From positions 64,170,001 through 64,234,000 of the forward strand of contig NC_082714.1 of NCBI RefSeq assembly GCF_030144855.1: a stretch of 64,000 nucleotides of DNA, in the 5' to 3' direction. A program made the position numbers and the translations under genes. Origin of the DNA: Hypanus sabinus. Taxonomy: Eukaryota. The notes under the pieces are model-generated. The model was not told where the DNA came from, did not search any database, and worked only from the letters and a program-made list of their open reading frames with translations. This document shows, piece by piece, positions 11,701-23,700 of the stretch; position 1 is the first letter of the stretch; every line of letters starts with the position of its first letter.

Positions 11701-14700
11701 TAGGATGTTTCGATGAGTAAAGCTCTCAGATGGGAACAGAGCTCCCAGCTCTCAGAGGTGTTTGGGAGGGTAAGTAGGCAGGTGAGGAAAGTGTGTGTAA
11801 ATGATGGGGATGGGGGGGCGGGGGCGGTGTGGTGAACTACATATACCTGTCTGGACACGCACCCCCCCCCCCCCCCCGCTGACTGCTCCTGTGGCTCCTC
11901 CCACGGACCCCGGTATAAAGGCGATTGGAGACACTGCGCCGGGCTCAGTCTCCAGGATGCAGTGTGGTGGTCAATTGCTGCTTGTTCTTTCTTCCAGTCA
12001 ATAAAAGCCTATATCTCGCCTCACATCTCAGAGGTTTATTGATGGTGCATCAGGGGGTGAGCATGCATGTGAACATAATAGGAGTAGGTGTAGGATAGTC
12101 AGCCCTCATGTCTGCCCTGCCATGCAACATGATCATGGTTGATCTTCTCCTAGATTGTTTATTTAATGCAAGAAAGTAATGTTTTACCTTCTGAATTCAG
12201 AACCTTCAGTGCTGTTAATCTGCATTTTTACCTGAGTGAGTTTTAATTTGAGCACAAAATCTAGGCTAAGACTCCAGTTCAGTACTGAGGGAGTGAGTGT
12301 CACACAGCTGGAGATTAGAATTTAAATCAAGCCTTGTCAATTTGTTTTAAACAAATTTAAAAGATTCCATGACAAACAACAGAAAATCTGCAGATGTTGG
12401 AGATCCGAGCAGCACCCACAAAATGCTGGAGGAACTCAGCAGGCTGGGTGGCATCTAGGAAAAGAAAGAGTACATTTGGGCGTTGCAGACCAAAATCCTT
12501 CAGCAGGACTGGCAGGATCCAATGGCGTTATCTCAAGGAAGAGTGGGAATTTTTTCCAGAGTTCTGAGCAATATTTTCCCTTGGTTTGTGGGAGTTTAGT
12601 ATGTGTGAATTAGTGTTGTATTTCCTACTTACAGTACTGACTACACTTAATCAGTCCATCATTGGCTATGGAGTGTTGTGGGTCAACCTGTAGTGATGAA
12701 AAGCCCTGTAAGAGTGCTAGTCATTAAATTTCTCACAAACATCAATCAAGACTTTGAGAGGAAAGATCAGTGTAAATCCAACAATATTTAAAGAAATACT
12801 TGTATCAAAGAGCCTTGCGACTGGAAGAGTTAATAAGCAGACCAGGCTGTTAGCAAGTTTCACTATGATGAGGAATGGAAACATTTTGGCAGGTCGTAAA
12901 CAAAACGTAAAAGAAGGGTCCACGTACTTGCAACAGCAGTTTGATAAAAATGCAACACCTGACTCACCACGATCAGTGTTCAGTCTGTTATACTAAAGCT
13001 GAATCATTTTGCATATGAAGCTGACAGAAAGCCAAGAGTAAGCAAGCAGACTCCAATAGACTGCTTAAGGAGATATTGAACAGTAAGCTTATTTCACATT
13101 AATTCTCCAGGGATTTGTTGGTGGTGTTGGGGGGAGGGGAGTGGAAAGAAGAATAATGGAAACCTCTCTTATTAAATTATACTTATCTCCTTCAATAATC
13201 TGGGTCTCTGTACGTCAAGGGCAGCAAGAAGAGCAGAGCAGTTTTCTTTTAGATTTACCAGGAGATAAGTGAAGAATTCTCTGTTTTTTAAATGATCCCT
13301 CTGCACAGAAAAGGATCTCATGATCTTTCTTTCCAGACAGCACAAGGTACTTAACAGCACAGAAGATATCACCTACTTCTCATTCCTCAGTTGGATATAT
13401 ATAAAAAAAAAAGTGGTCACTATTTTGCAGAAAAGGAAGAAAACTGTTTACAGCAGCTTGACTAATATTTATTAGCCAACCAAACATTACTAAGATACAA
13501 TATATTTCATAGAACTATACTACATGAAATCACAGTATTCAGCACAACTCATCTCTACCAACCAGTGGGGTAGCCTTCCAGATTAATCCTAGAGTACCGC
13601 ATCTGGTTTATATTTGAGATTAGAGAAGTTTTACGTCGCTAAGAATTACTAATTGTGGTGTGTTCTTTTAAACCTCCTTACATATCTAGTGATCTTCCAC
13701 TCTATTCTGCATTCCGTTACTGTTATTCCATTGTACCATCTCAGTGCACTGTGCAATGATTTGATCTGTATGAACAGTATGCAAAACAAGGTTTTCACTG
13801 CATCTCAGTAAATGTCAGTAATAAATCAATTCCAATATGGCTTTGCAGAATACTTCCATTCAATCCACAAGTATGATCCAGAGCATTCAGTTCCCTGTCA
13901 CTAATTCCCCAACCTATTTATGACATTTGTCATCTGACCTACACCATTTTCCACAAACTATAACATAAGCTCAAAAAACACCTCATCTTCTAGCTAGGTA
14001 CATTACTGTCTTCTGGATGCAGAGTATAATGATTTTTAAAAGTCTCTATCCCTGTAATTTCTAAGACCTATTATAGCCTTGATAATTTTTAATATTTATT
14101 CACCTTTTATTTCCAATGTTGTTACACCTTTTAGTCCTTCACCTACACCCCATGCTACATCATGCCTTTTGTGATTTAGTCTCTCCTGCCCACCACCCTA
14201 TCACAGTCCTGCATGTCCTCTCTTCCTTCCCCCTTTTAGATTTGGTGAAAGTCTATGGACTCAAAACATTAAAATCGGATTCAAAAAATACTCTGCAGAT
14301 GCCAGGGTCAAAGCAACATGCACAACACGCTGGAGGAGCTCAGCAGGTCGGGCAGCATCCATGGAAACGAACAGTCAACATTTCGGGCCGAGACCCTTCG
14401 TCAGGACTGAAGTGGGGGGCAGGGGCCCTATAAAGAAGGCGGTGGGAGGGTGGGAAGGAGAAGGCTGATAGGTGCCGGGTGAAAAACTAGTACGGGGAAA
14501 AATCAAGGGGTGGGGGAGGGGAAGCACGGAGGGGATAGGCAGGAAAGGTGAAGAAGGAATGTAAGGGGAAAGCACTATGGGTAGTAGAAGGAGGCGGAAC
14601 CATGAGGGAGGTGATTGGCAGCTGGAGGAGGAGGCAGAGTGAAACTGGGATGAGGGAAGGGAGGGGGCAGGAACTACCAGAAGTTGGAGAGTTCAATGTT

Positions 14701-17700
14701 CATGCCAAGGGGCTGGAAACTACCCAGACGGTATATGAGGTGTTGCTCCTCCAACCTGAGTTTGGCCTCATCATGGCAGTACAGGAGGCCATGTATGGAC
14801 ATATCCGAATGGGAATTTGAAGCAGAGTTGAAGTGGGTGGCAACCGGGAGATCCTGTCTATTGTGGCGGACAGAGTGGAGGTACTCGACGGAGCAGCCCC
14901 CCAATCTGTGTTGGGTCTCGCCAATGCAGAGGAGGCCACATCAGGACCACCGGATGCACTAGATTACCACAACAGACTCACAAGTGTTGCTTCACCTGGA
15001 AGGATTACACTTCACAAATGCTGCCTGACCTGCAAGGTTTTTTCCAAAGATTTCTGTCCTTCTTCCAGATTTGACTTTGGTTATTTGTGTACAAATTGGC
15101 AATTGTATTCTACTTTATAATAGAGACTGTACATCAACAGTACTTTTCCTATAAGACCTTTGGAATGTACTGTGGACAAGGGTGAAAGCTGACTCAAGGC
15201 AGATTGTGTTCTTTGAGCAAAAAACAAATTGATAGAAGAACACAGTGGGTCAGAAAGCATCTGTGGAGTGGACTAAACAGTCAACGTTTCAGGCCAAGAT
15301 TGTGGCTCAAGGATACAGGAGAGATGGTCAGTATAGAGGTGAGGGGAAAGGGTGGAGCAAGAAACCAATAGTGGATCCAGATGAAGAAGGGTTATAGGAA
15401 GATGGAGGAGGGAAGAGTAGAGAAAGCTACAGAGGCTGGGAGGTATTAGCTGTGGTCGATGGAATCTGATAGGAAAGGAAGGTGCAGCTTGGAGCCATTT
15501 AAGGGAGGTGGGTTGGACAGAGGGAATAGTGGGGTAAAAGGTCCCAATCGGAGTGAGTAATTGGCAGTTGGAATGCGTGGAGGAGGGGAAAGAAAAACAG
15601 GGTTATAGGGGGCTAGGAGGAGGGCAGGTGTGTGGAGGAGGACAGAGAAAGGGACAAAGGGGGAACAGGTTACCTGAAACTAAAGAATTCATGAATTATA
15701 TACTACCCAGATGGAATATGAAGTGATATAACCATATAATATTTACAGCACGGAAACAGGCCATCTTGGCCCTTCTAGTCCGTGCCAAACGCTTACTCTC
15801 ACCTAGTCCCATTGGCCCGCACTCAGCCCATATCCCTCCATTTCTTTCCTGTCTATATACCTATCCAATTTTATTTTAAATGACAATACCGAACCTGCCT
15901 CTACCACTTCTACTGGAAGCTCGTTCCACACAGCTACCACTCTCTGAGTAAAGAAATTTCCCCTCGTGTTACCCTTAAACTTTTGCCCCCTAACTCTCAA
16001 CTTATGTCCTCTTGTTTGAATCTCCCCTACTCTCAATGGAAAAAGCCTATCCACCTCAACTCTATCCCCCTCATAATTTTAAATAACTCTATCAAGTCCT
16101 CCCTCAATCTTCTATGCTCCAAAGAATAAAGACCTAACTTGTTCAACCTTTCCCTGTAACTTAGGTGCTGAAACTCAGGAAACATTCTAGTAAATCTTCT
16201 CTGTACTCTCTCTATTTTGTTGACATCTTTCCTATAATTCAATGAACAGAACTGTACACAATACTCCAAATTTGGCCTTACCAATGCCTTGTACAATTTT
16301 AACATTACATCCCAACTCCTATACTCAATGATCTGATTTATAAAGGCCAGAATACCAATAGCTTTCTTCACCACCCTATCCACATGAGATTCCGCCTTCA
16401 GGGAACTATGCACCATTATTCCTAGATCACTCTGTTCTACTGCATTCTTCAGTGCCCTACCCTTTACCATGTATGTCCTACTTGGATTATTCCTACCACT
16501 TCACACTGATCAGCATTAAACTCCATCTGCCATCGTTCAGCCCACTCTTCTAACTGGCCTAAATCTCTCTGCAAACTTTGAAAACCTACTTCATTATCCA
16601 CAACGCCATCTCCCTTAGTATCATCTGCATACTTACTAATCCAATTTACCACCCCATCATCCGGATTGTTAATGTATATGACAAACAACATTGGACCCAG
16701 TACAGATCCCTGAGGCACACCACTAGTCACCGGCCTCCAACCTGAGAAACACCACTACTCTCTGGCATCTCCCATCCAGCCACTGTTGAATCCATTTTAC
16801 TACTTCAATATTAATACCTAACGATTGAACCTTCGTAACTAACCTTGTCAAAGGCCTTACTGAAGTCCATATAGACAACATCCACTGCTTTACCCTTGTC
16901 AACTTTCCTCGTAACCTCTTCAAAAAATTCAATAAGATTTGTCAAACATGACCTTCCACACACAAATCCATGCTGACTGTTCCTAACCAGACCCTGTCTA
17001 TCCAGATAATTATATATACCATCTCTAAGAATACTTTCCGTTAATTTACCCACAACTGACGTCAAACTGACAGGCCTATAATTGCTAGGTTTACTCTTAG
17101 AACCCTTTTTAAACAATGGAACCACATGAGCAACACGCCAATTCTTCGGCACCATCCCTGTTTCTAATGACATTTGAAATATTTCTGTCAGAGCCCCTGC
17201 TATTTCTACACTAACTTCCCTCAAGGCCCTAGGGAATATCCTGTCAGAACCTGGAGATTTATCCACTTTTATATTCCTTAAAAGCGCCAGTACTTCCTCC
17301 TCTTTAATCGTCATAGTTTCCATAACTTCCCTACTTGTTTCTCTTAACTTACACAATTCAATATCCTTCTCATTAGTGAAAACCGAAGAAAAGAAATTGT
17401 TCAAAATCTCCCCCATCTCTTTCGGCTCCACACATAGCTGTCCACTCTGATTCTCTAAGGGATCAATTTTATCCCTCACTATCCTTTTGCTATTAATATA
17501 ACTGTAGGAACCCTTCGGATTTATTTTCACCATACTTGCCAAAGCAACCTCGTATCTTCTTTTAGCTTTTATAATTTCTTTCTTAAGATTCTTCTTACAT
17601 TCTTTATATTCCTCGAGCACCTCATTTACTCCATGCTGCCTATATTTATTATAGATATCCCTCTTTTTCCGAACCAAGTTTCCAATATCCCTTGAAAACC

Positions 17701-20700
17701 AGGGCACTCTCAAACTTTTAACCTTTCCTTTCAACCTAACAGGAACATAAAGATTCTGTACCCTCAAAATTTCACCTTTAAATGACCTCCATTTCTCTAT
17801 TTCATCCTTCCCATAAAACAAATTGTCCCAATCTACTCCTTCTAAATCCTTCCGCATCTCCTCAAAGTTAGCCTTTCTCCAATCAAAAATCTCAACCCTG
17901 GGTCCAGTCCTATCCTTCTCCACAATTATATTGAAACTAATGGCATTGTGATCACTGGACCCAAAGTGCTCCCCAACACATACCTCTGTCACCTGACCTA
18001 TGTCATTCCGTAACAGAAGATCCAATACTACCCCTTCTCTAGTCGATACCTCTTGTTCCTCTAGTTTGCACTTAACCTCACCCTGGCAGCAGAAGAGGCC
18101 AAAGAAAAACAGATCAGTGTGAGAATTAAAATGGCTAATAACTGGCATCTCCAGAAGGAGTGTGGGTGCTAGGCAAATCGGTTGCTTAGTCTTTACTTGA
18201 TCTCACCAATGTAGAGACCACATTGGGAGCACAGAATGCCACAGACAAGGTTGGAGGACATGCATATGACTCTTTGTGTCAGCTGGAAAGACAGTATAGA
18301 ACATTGGATCAGCTTGAGGTTTGATTATCAGCCAGTAATCAAAAAGCATTATTGGCCCATCACTCATAACTGATACAGTACCATCGCTGGTTCTGTGCTT
18401 CAGTGAGCACTGAGCAGCCAGAGATTTCAGTAGTGCTCGAAGAGGACTATCTTCCATCACCGAATTCTCCAGCCACGTCCGGAGCTGCATCACCACGTTG
18501 TAGAACAGAGACACAGCAACAGAGTCCTGGGGTTTGATTTTCTGTAGGTGTAACACAAAATAAACAATGAACCTTTGCAAAAATACACATTAGGTTGATG
18601 GTGCATTTGTACAATGACATCCATGCCTGGTAGTAAAAGGAGGCCAAGCAATGAGACTGCCCACGCACTGGTCAGAAAGCATTCACAGGTAGAATCCCCA
18701 TAATGCCGCATTGTGCTCATTCAGGAAGCTCCAGGTCTCAACAGACAGTTCATACTTGATAGCCAGAATGAAGCTGCACAAGCAGATATAGGAGGACAAT
18801 GGCATTCACAGTACTGGGCCCCAGGATAAACTGAAGGTGTACAAAGTACAGAGGGTCAGAGTGGTGTTCAGACTACTATAATTAAAGTATACAATTCAAA
18901 AATAATTTGGAGATACAAGAGTCTACGGATGCTGAAATCTGAAGTAACAAGCAAATGCTGGAGGAACTCAGCAGGCCAAGCAGTATATGTGGAAGAAGTT
19001 CTTCCAGCAGATTATAGATCAAAAATGACTTGCCTTCCCTTTTCTCTGCCAAAGCAGGTTCAAACTGAAGCATTAGCTGTGTTTCTCCACAAAAACTGCC
19101 TGGAGCTTCCAGCATTTTTGGCTTTTATTATTTTTCCCATTGCCTCCCAAATCCCATTGGCATCAGAAATTCCATTACAGGTTTGATTTGCACATAAAGT
19201 AATCAGCGATTTCCCAAGAAAGTGCTGGGAAACACCAGCAAGACTAAGTTCAGCCTCAGAGTCCAGTGACCAAGACTGACAGATGCAACTTCCGATATCA
19301 GTCAGGAGAGACTTCCACACTGATAATAAATTAAAGGAATTTTGAAACTTACTAAGGTTTAAATGGCTGTGCAAGTTATGACCCAGTATCTCTCCTGGCA
19401 TAAATGCTAATGTGGAAACATGCTCACAGCTTGCACATTCACATTTTCACAAACACACTATTACAATCACAACCATACCTGATACTGATAAAGCTGTCTC
19501 ATTAAAGGGCAGGAGATGACATAATTCCTCTGCATGGATAAGACAAAGGCCCTGCCGTGTGGGGAGTTCAGCAGTGCAGAGAGAGCTTGGAGCAGACGAA
19601 TAGCAATTCCAGTCTCCTCGGCCTTCCCCTGGTGGGCACGGCTCAACTCCTGAGCCAGTGTGTGCTGTAACATCAGCGAGATGGAGTGACTGCTTGTGTT
19701 CTTCCATCTTGGGTCAGGATTCATGGGGAAAAGCTGCAAGGGAAAAGTTCATGATTATATGATACTTGGCATGCAGGAAACTAACCAGCAATCAACTCAA
19801 CATGACAGAGTACTGCAACAAGACCTTCCCTCTCCTGAAGCTGCTGTAAGATTGTGGCCTGGCAAATTGTACATGTATACTTAATACTAAACCACAGTCT
19901 AGGGCACTCCACTATTGGACCGAGTCCAGCAGAAAAGCCCCTCAAGCAGAAGGGTGTATTGATCCAGGAAACTAGATGGGCAGCATTGGTGCTACATACA
20001 AAAAAAGATGTGCTAATAACACTAAGTATAGAACCAGCAACACTGAATACTTAGACCAAACAACACGAAGAACAAAAAGAGCTTTGCACTGTTTTTCCCT
20101 TTACATACATTTTTTCATAATGAATAACATTTATTTTTGTAATATAAAAAAGTTAATATTCCTGCGTGAGCCCTTTAAACAAATTTCATCGGTACATCAC
20201 CTTCCATGTCTCTTCTAAAGCATCCTTTAGGAATATGCTACAGGATCTATTTCAAAGCATCTTGCTGTCGACGAGATTAGCAGCAAAAGCCAGCTTGTGC
20301 AGTAATTATGTCGTGTGATAGTGGGAACAAGATTAAATTGCACCCAAACCCCCACCAACATAAAACATTCCCAAGAGGCAAGAAGATGACAGGACAGCCA
20401 GGGCCAATAGGGGAGAAAAAGGCTCAGGTCTCACTGATCTCCTCAGGCAATTTAAAGCAGTACAGGAGATCACAGTCACTAGAAGTACATTAGGTTTGAC
20501 ATTACTGATGCGCGGCATGTGAAAGGCAAACACCTTTGTACCTGAAGAAAGAGCCCAGCTAAATCTTCATCTGGCCCAATTACAGGGATCTGAGTTGGCC
20601 CCCTGATTCGGATGGGACACTGCGGTGCTGTATTGCTTGAGCTCTGTCTGTTGTGGTCTTCATTTTCTAGGATTACAGAAATTTATGTTTCATCAGCTAT

Positions 20701-23700
20701 TAAAATCTTGCCATTTCAAATCACTCACAACCAAACAGCTGTTTAATGCCAAAACAAGCAGAGAGATTTTCACTAAATGGATTAGTAAGTGCATAGCCTG
20801 ATAAATACACAGATGTAATCCTCTTTCTACATGGAGTTCACTCAACATAACTGGGGTTTCCAAAAGGTAAAATAATGGACTCATGATCTTGTCCATTAAG
20901 ATCCTAGCTACTACCATAGAGTGCATCCTAGTCAGTCTGCTAAGCCCCAATATCCAACCCTGCACACCAAGCTCTCACCATTTCCTTCCAGTCACTGAGC
21001 AGTGAGCGCCAAACCCACACCAGCTAGTCCTTCAGTGAGACACAATTTCCCCACTCCCACCTACGTTCCACTGGTCACTCACTTATTATTTTTCCAGAAT
21101 CATAACCCATTAAGAAACTTTTTTATCCCCTGTGTAGCTTCCTGATATTACCCTGCACTTCTCCACATCTGGCTACACCCCACTTTCTTCCACCCTCATC
21201 CCTAGTGACTGTGCTATAACAGCTCCACTTGATTGTCTAACTTAACCAAGGCTGGGACTAATGCAACACCAGAAAGTACAGCGTGATCCTCTAACTGAAA
21301 TTGCTAATGAGACTTTTTATGGTGAATAAAAAAACAGAAGAACTCAAACTGCTGGCGGTACCTCTGCTTGGAGGAACTGAGGTGGTAAGCAGAGTGTGGA
21401 AGGTGTGGCCACCAGTAGCTCCCCTCTCATGTTGCACTTCCACCAGGTGGGCCATGTAGTCTGCAAAGAGACAGCAAGAGTTAGAACAGCCTTGCAAAGT
21501 ACATACAAATCCACTCTAAGTAGTTACTTCAGCCCACAATGTCTGTGTCAGCTACTGTCCATCCAGTACAGACAACCCACATTCAATTCCCACCACTGCC
21601 TGTATGTTCTCCCTGTGACCACGTAGGTTTTCTCTGGCTGCTCCTGTTTCCTCCCATCGTCCCAAGACATTCCAGTTGGTCACAGTAAATTGTCCTGTGA
21701 CAAGGCCTGGGTGGTGCAGCTCAAAGGGGCAAAAGGGCCTAATCTGTGTGTGGTACCATGGTCAAGAGAGTTGAGAACTTCTGCTCCCAAGGAGTGAACA
21801 TCCCCTGTCCTGGTCCAGCCATGTAGACGTCACAAACAAGAATGCTCACCAACACCTCTGCTTCCTCAGGAGGCTAAAGAAATTTGTTATGTCCCTGTCA
21901 AACCTTATCAATTTTTATCAATGCACCAAGGAAAGCATCTTAACTGGATGCATCACAGCTTAGTACAGCAACGGCTTGCGACTGCAAAAAGCTGCAGAGA
22001 GTTGAGCATTCAGTACATCATGGAAACCAGCCTCCCCTACTTGGGCTCTAATTTTGCTGGCTGCTTCACAGAGGCAGTTAGAAACTCAGGCAAAGACCTC
22101 ACACAGTCCAGACATCCTCTCTTCTCCTTCTTTCATTGAGCAAGATATAACAAAGCCTGAAAGCACAGACCACCAGGCTCAAGAGAAGCTTCTACCCACT
22201 GTTATATGATTATTGAATGGGATACATAGAACATTGAACAATACAGCACAGTACAGGCCCTTTGGCCCACAATGTTGTGCCGACCCTTAAACCCTGCCTC
22301 CTATATAACCCTCCACCCTAAATTCCTCCATATACCTGTCTATACAGAGCTGGAGAAGGGAAAGGATCATGGGACAGAAGGCTTAAGGAGAAAGAAAGGG
22401 GGAGGGGAGCACCAGAGGAAGTTGGAGAACAGGCAAGGAGTGATTGTGAGGAGGCAGAGAGAGAAAACAAGGAGGGGAGGGGGATAAATAAATAAATAAG
22501 GGATGGGGTAAGAAGAGGAGGAGAGGCATTAACAGAAGTTACAGAAATCAATGTTCGTGCCATCAGGTTGGAGGCTACCCAGACGGAATACTCTGATACT
22601 GTTTTGCCTTCTACTACCTCCGTGCATTGTGTAATGAATTGTTAAAAAGCATGCAAGCTTTACACTGCTCTTCGATACATGTGACAATAATAAATCAATC
22701 CTAATAATCTTCTCTGCACTCTCAAGTGTAATCGTATCCTTCCTCTAGTGTGGTGACCAGAACTGAAAAAAAAAGGTATTCCATCTTTATTTTGTATACT
22801 TATAACATGACTTCTCTGCAGTTAATATAATTTTAAGACAGAATAGGCCATTACAGCCCTTCAAGTTGCACCACCTAGGAACCCCAGATTTAACCATAAT
22901 CTAATCAAGGGACAATTTACTACAACCAATTAACCTACCAACTAGTATGTTTTTGGAGTGTGGGAGTAAACCAGTGCACCTGCAGGAAATGCATGCAGTC
23001 ACAGGGAGAGCGTACAAACTCCTTTAAGGCAACTGCAGGAATTGAGCCCGGGTCCCTGGTACTGTAAAGCATTGTGCTAATAACTAAGTTACCACTGGTT
23101 ACAGAAGACAAGTATCTCATACGTCACATTTCATATTGGGATGGCATGATAGAGTAGCGATTAGTGCAATGCTTTACAATGTCAGCAATCACAGATGGGG
23201 TTCAATTCTTACCACTGTCTGTAAAGAGTCTGTACATTCTTTCTATGACTGCTGGGTGATGTAGTTGCCTCCCATATTCCAAAGATATACGGTTCGGATT
23301 AGGGTTTAGTGAGTTGCGGGCATGCTATGTTGGTGCTGGAAACTTGGTGACGCTTGCGATGTGGCCCCAGCACAATCCTCATACTGCATTAGTCACCAAC
23401 ACAAATGACACATTTCACCGTATGTTTTGATGTATGGTACTTGTGTCAAATATAGCTAATCTCTATGTTTTCTTAACTACCTGTTTCTTAATCTGTGCTG
23501 CCTCATTCTGAGACCTTTCTGGGACCCTTCAAAGGTTGCTCTTTTCCTTAGTATTCTGTAAGACCACCATTTATTGTGTCTGCCCTACCCTCCTAGTTCT
23601 CTCAACATGCATCACTTCACACTTACCAGGATTGAACCCAGTTGTCGAATAATCCAACCATTTTATCACTGGAAGCCTATGATCAACACCACCACTAATC

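Noticed and set aside
23140-23215. tRNA gene
   Set aside because: Degenerate A/B boxes run into a SINE V-domain; no cloverleaf
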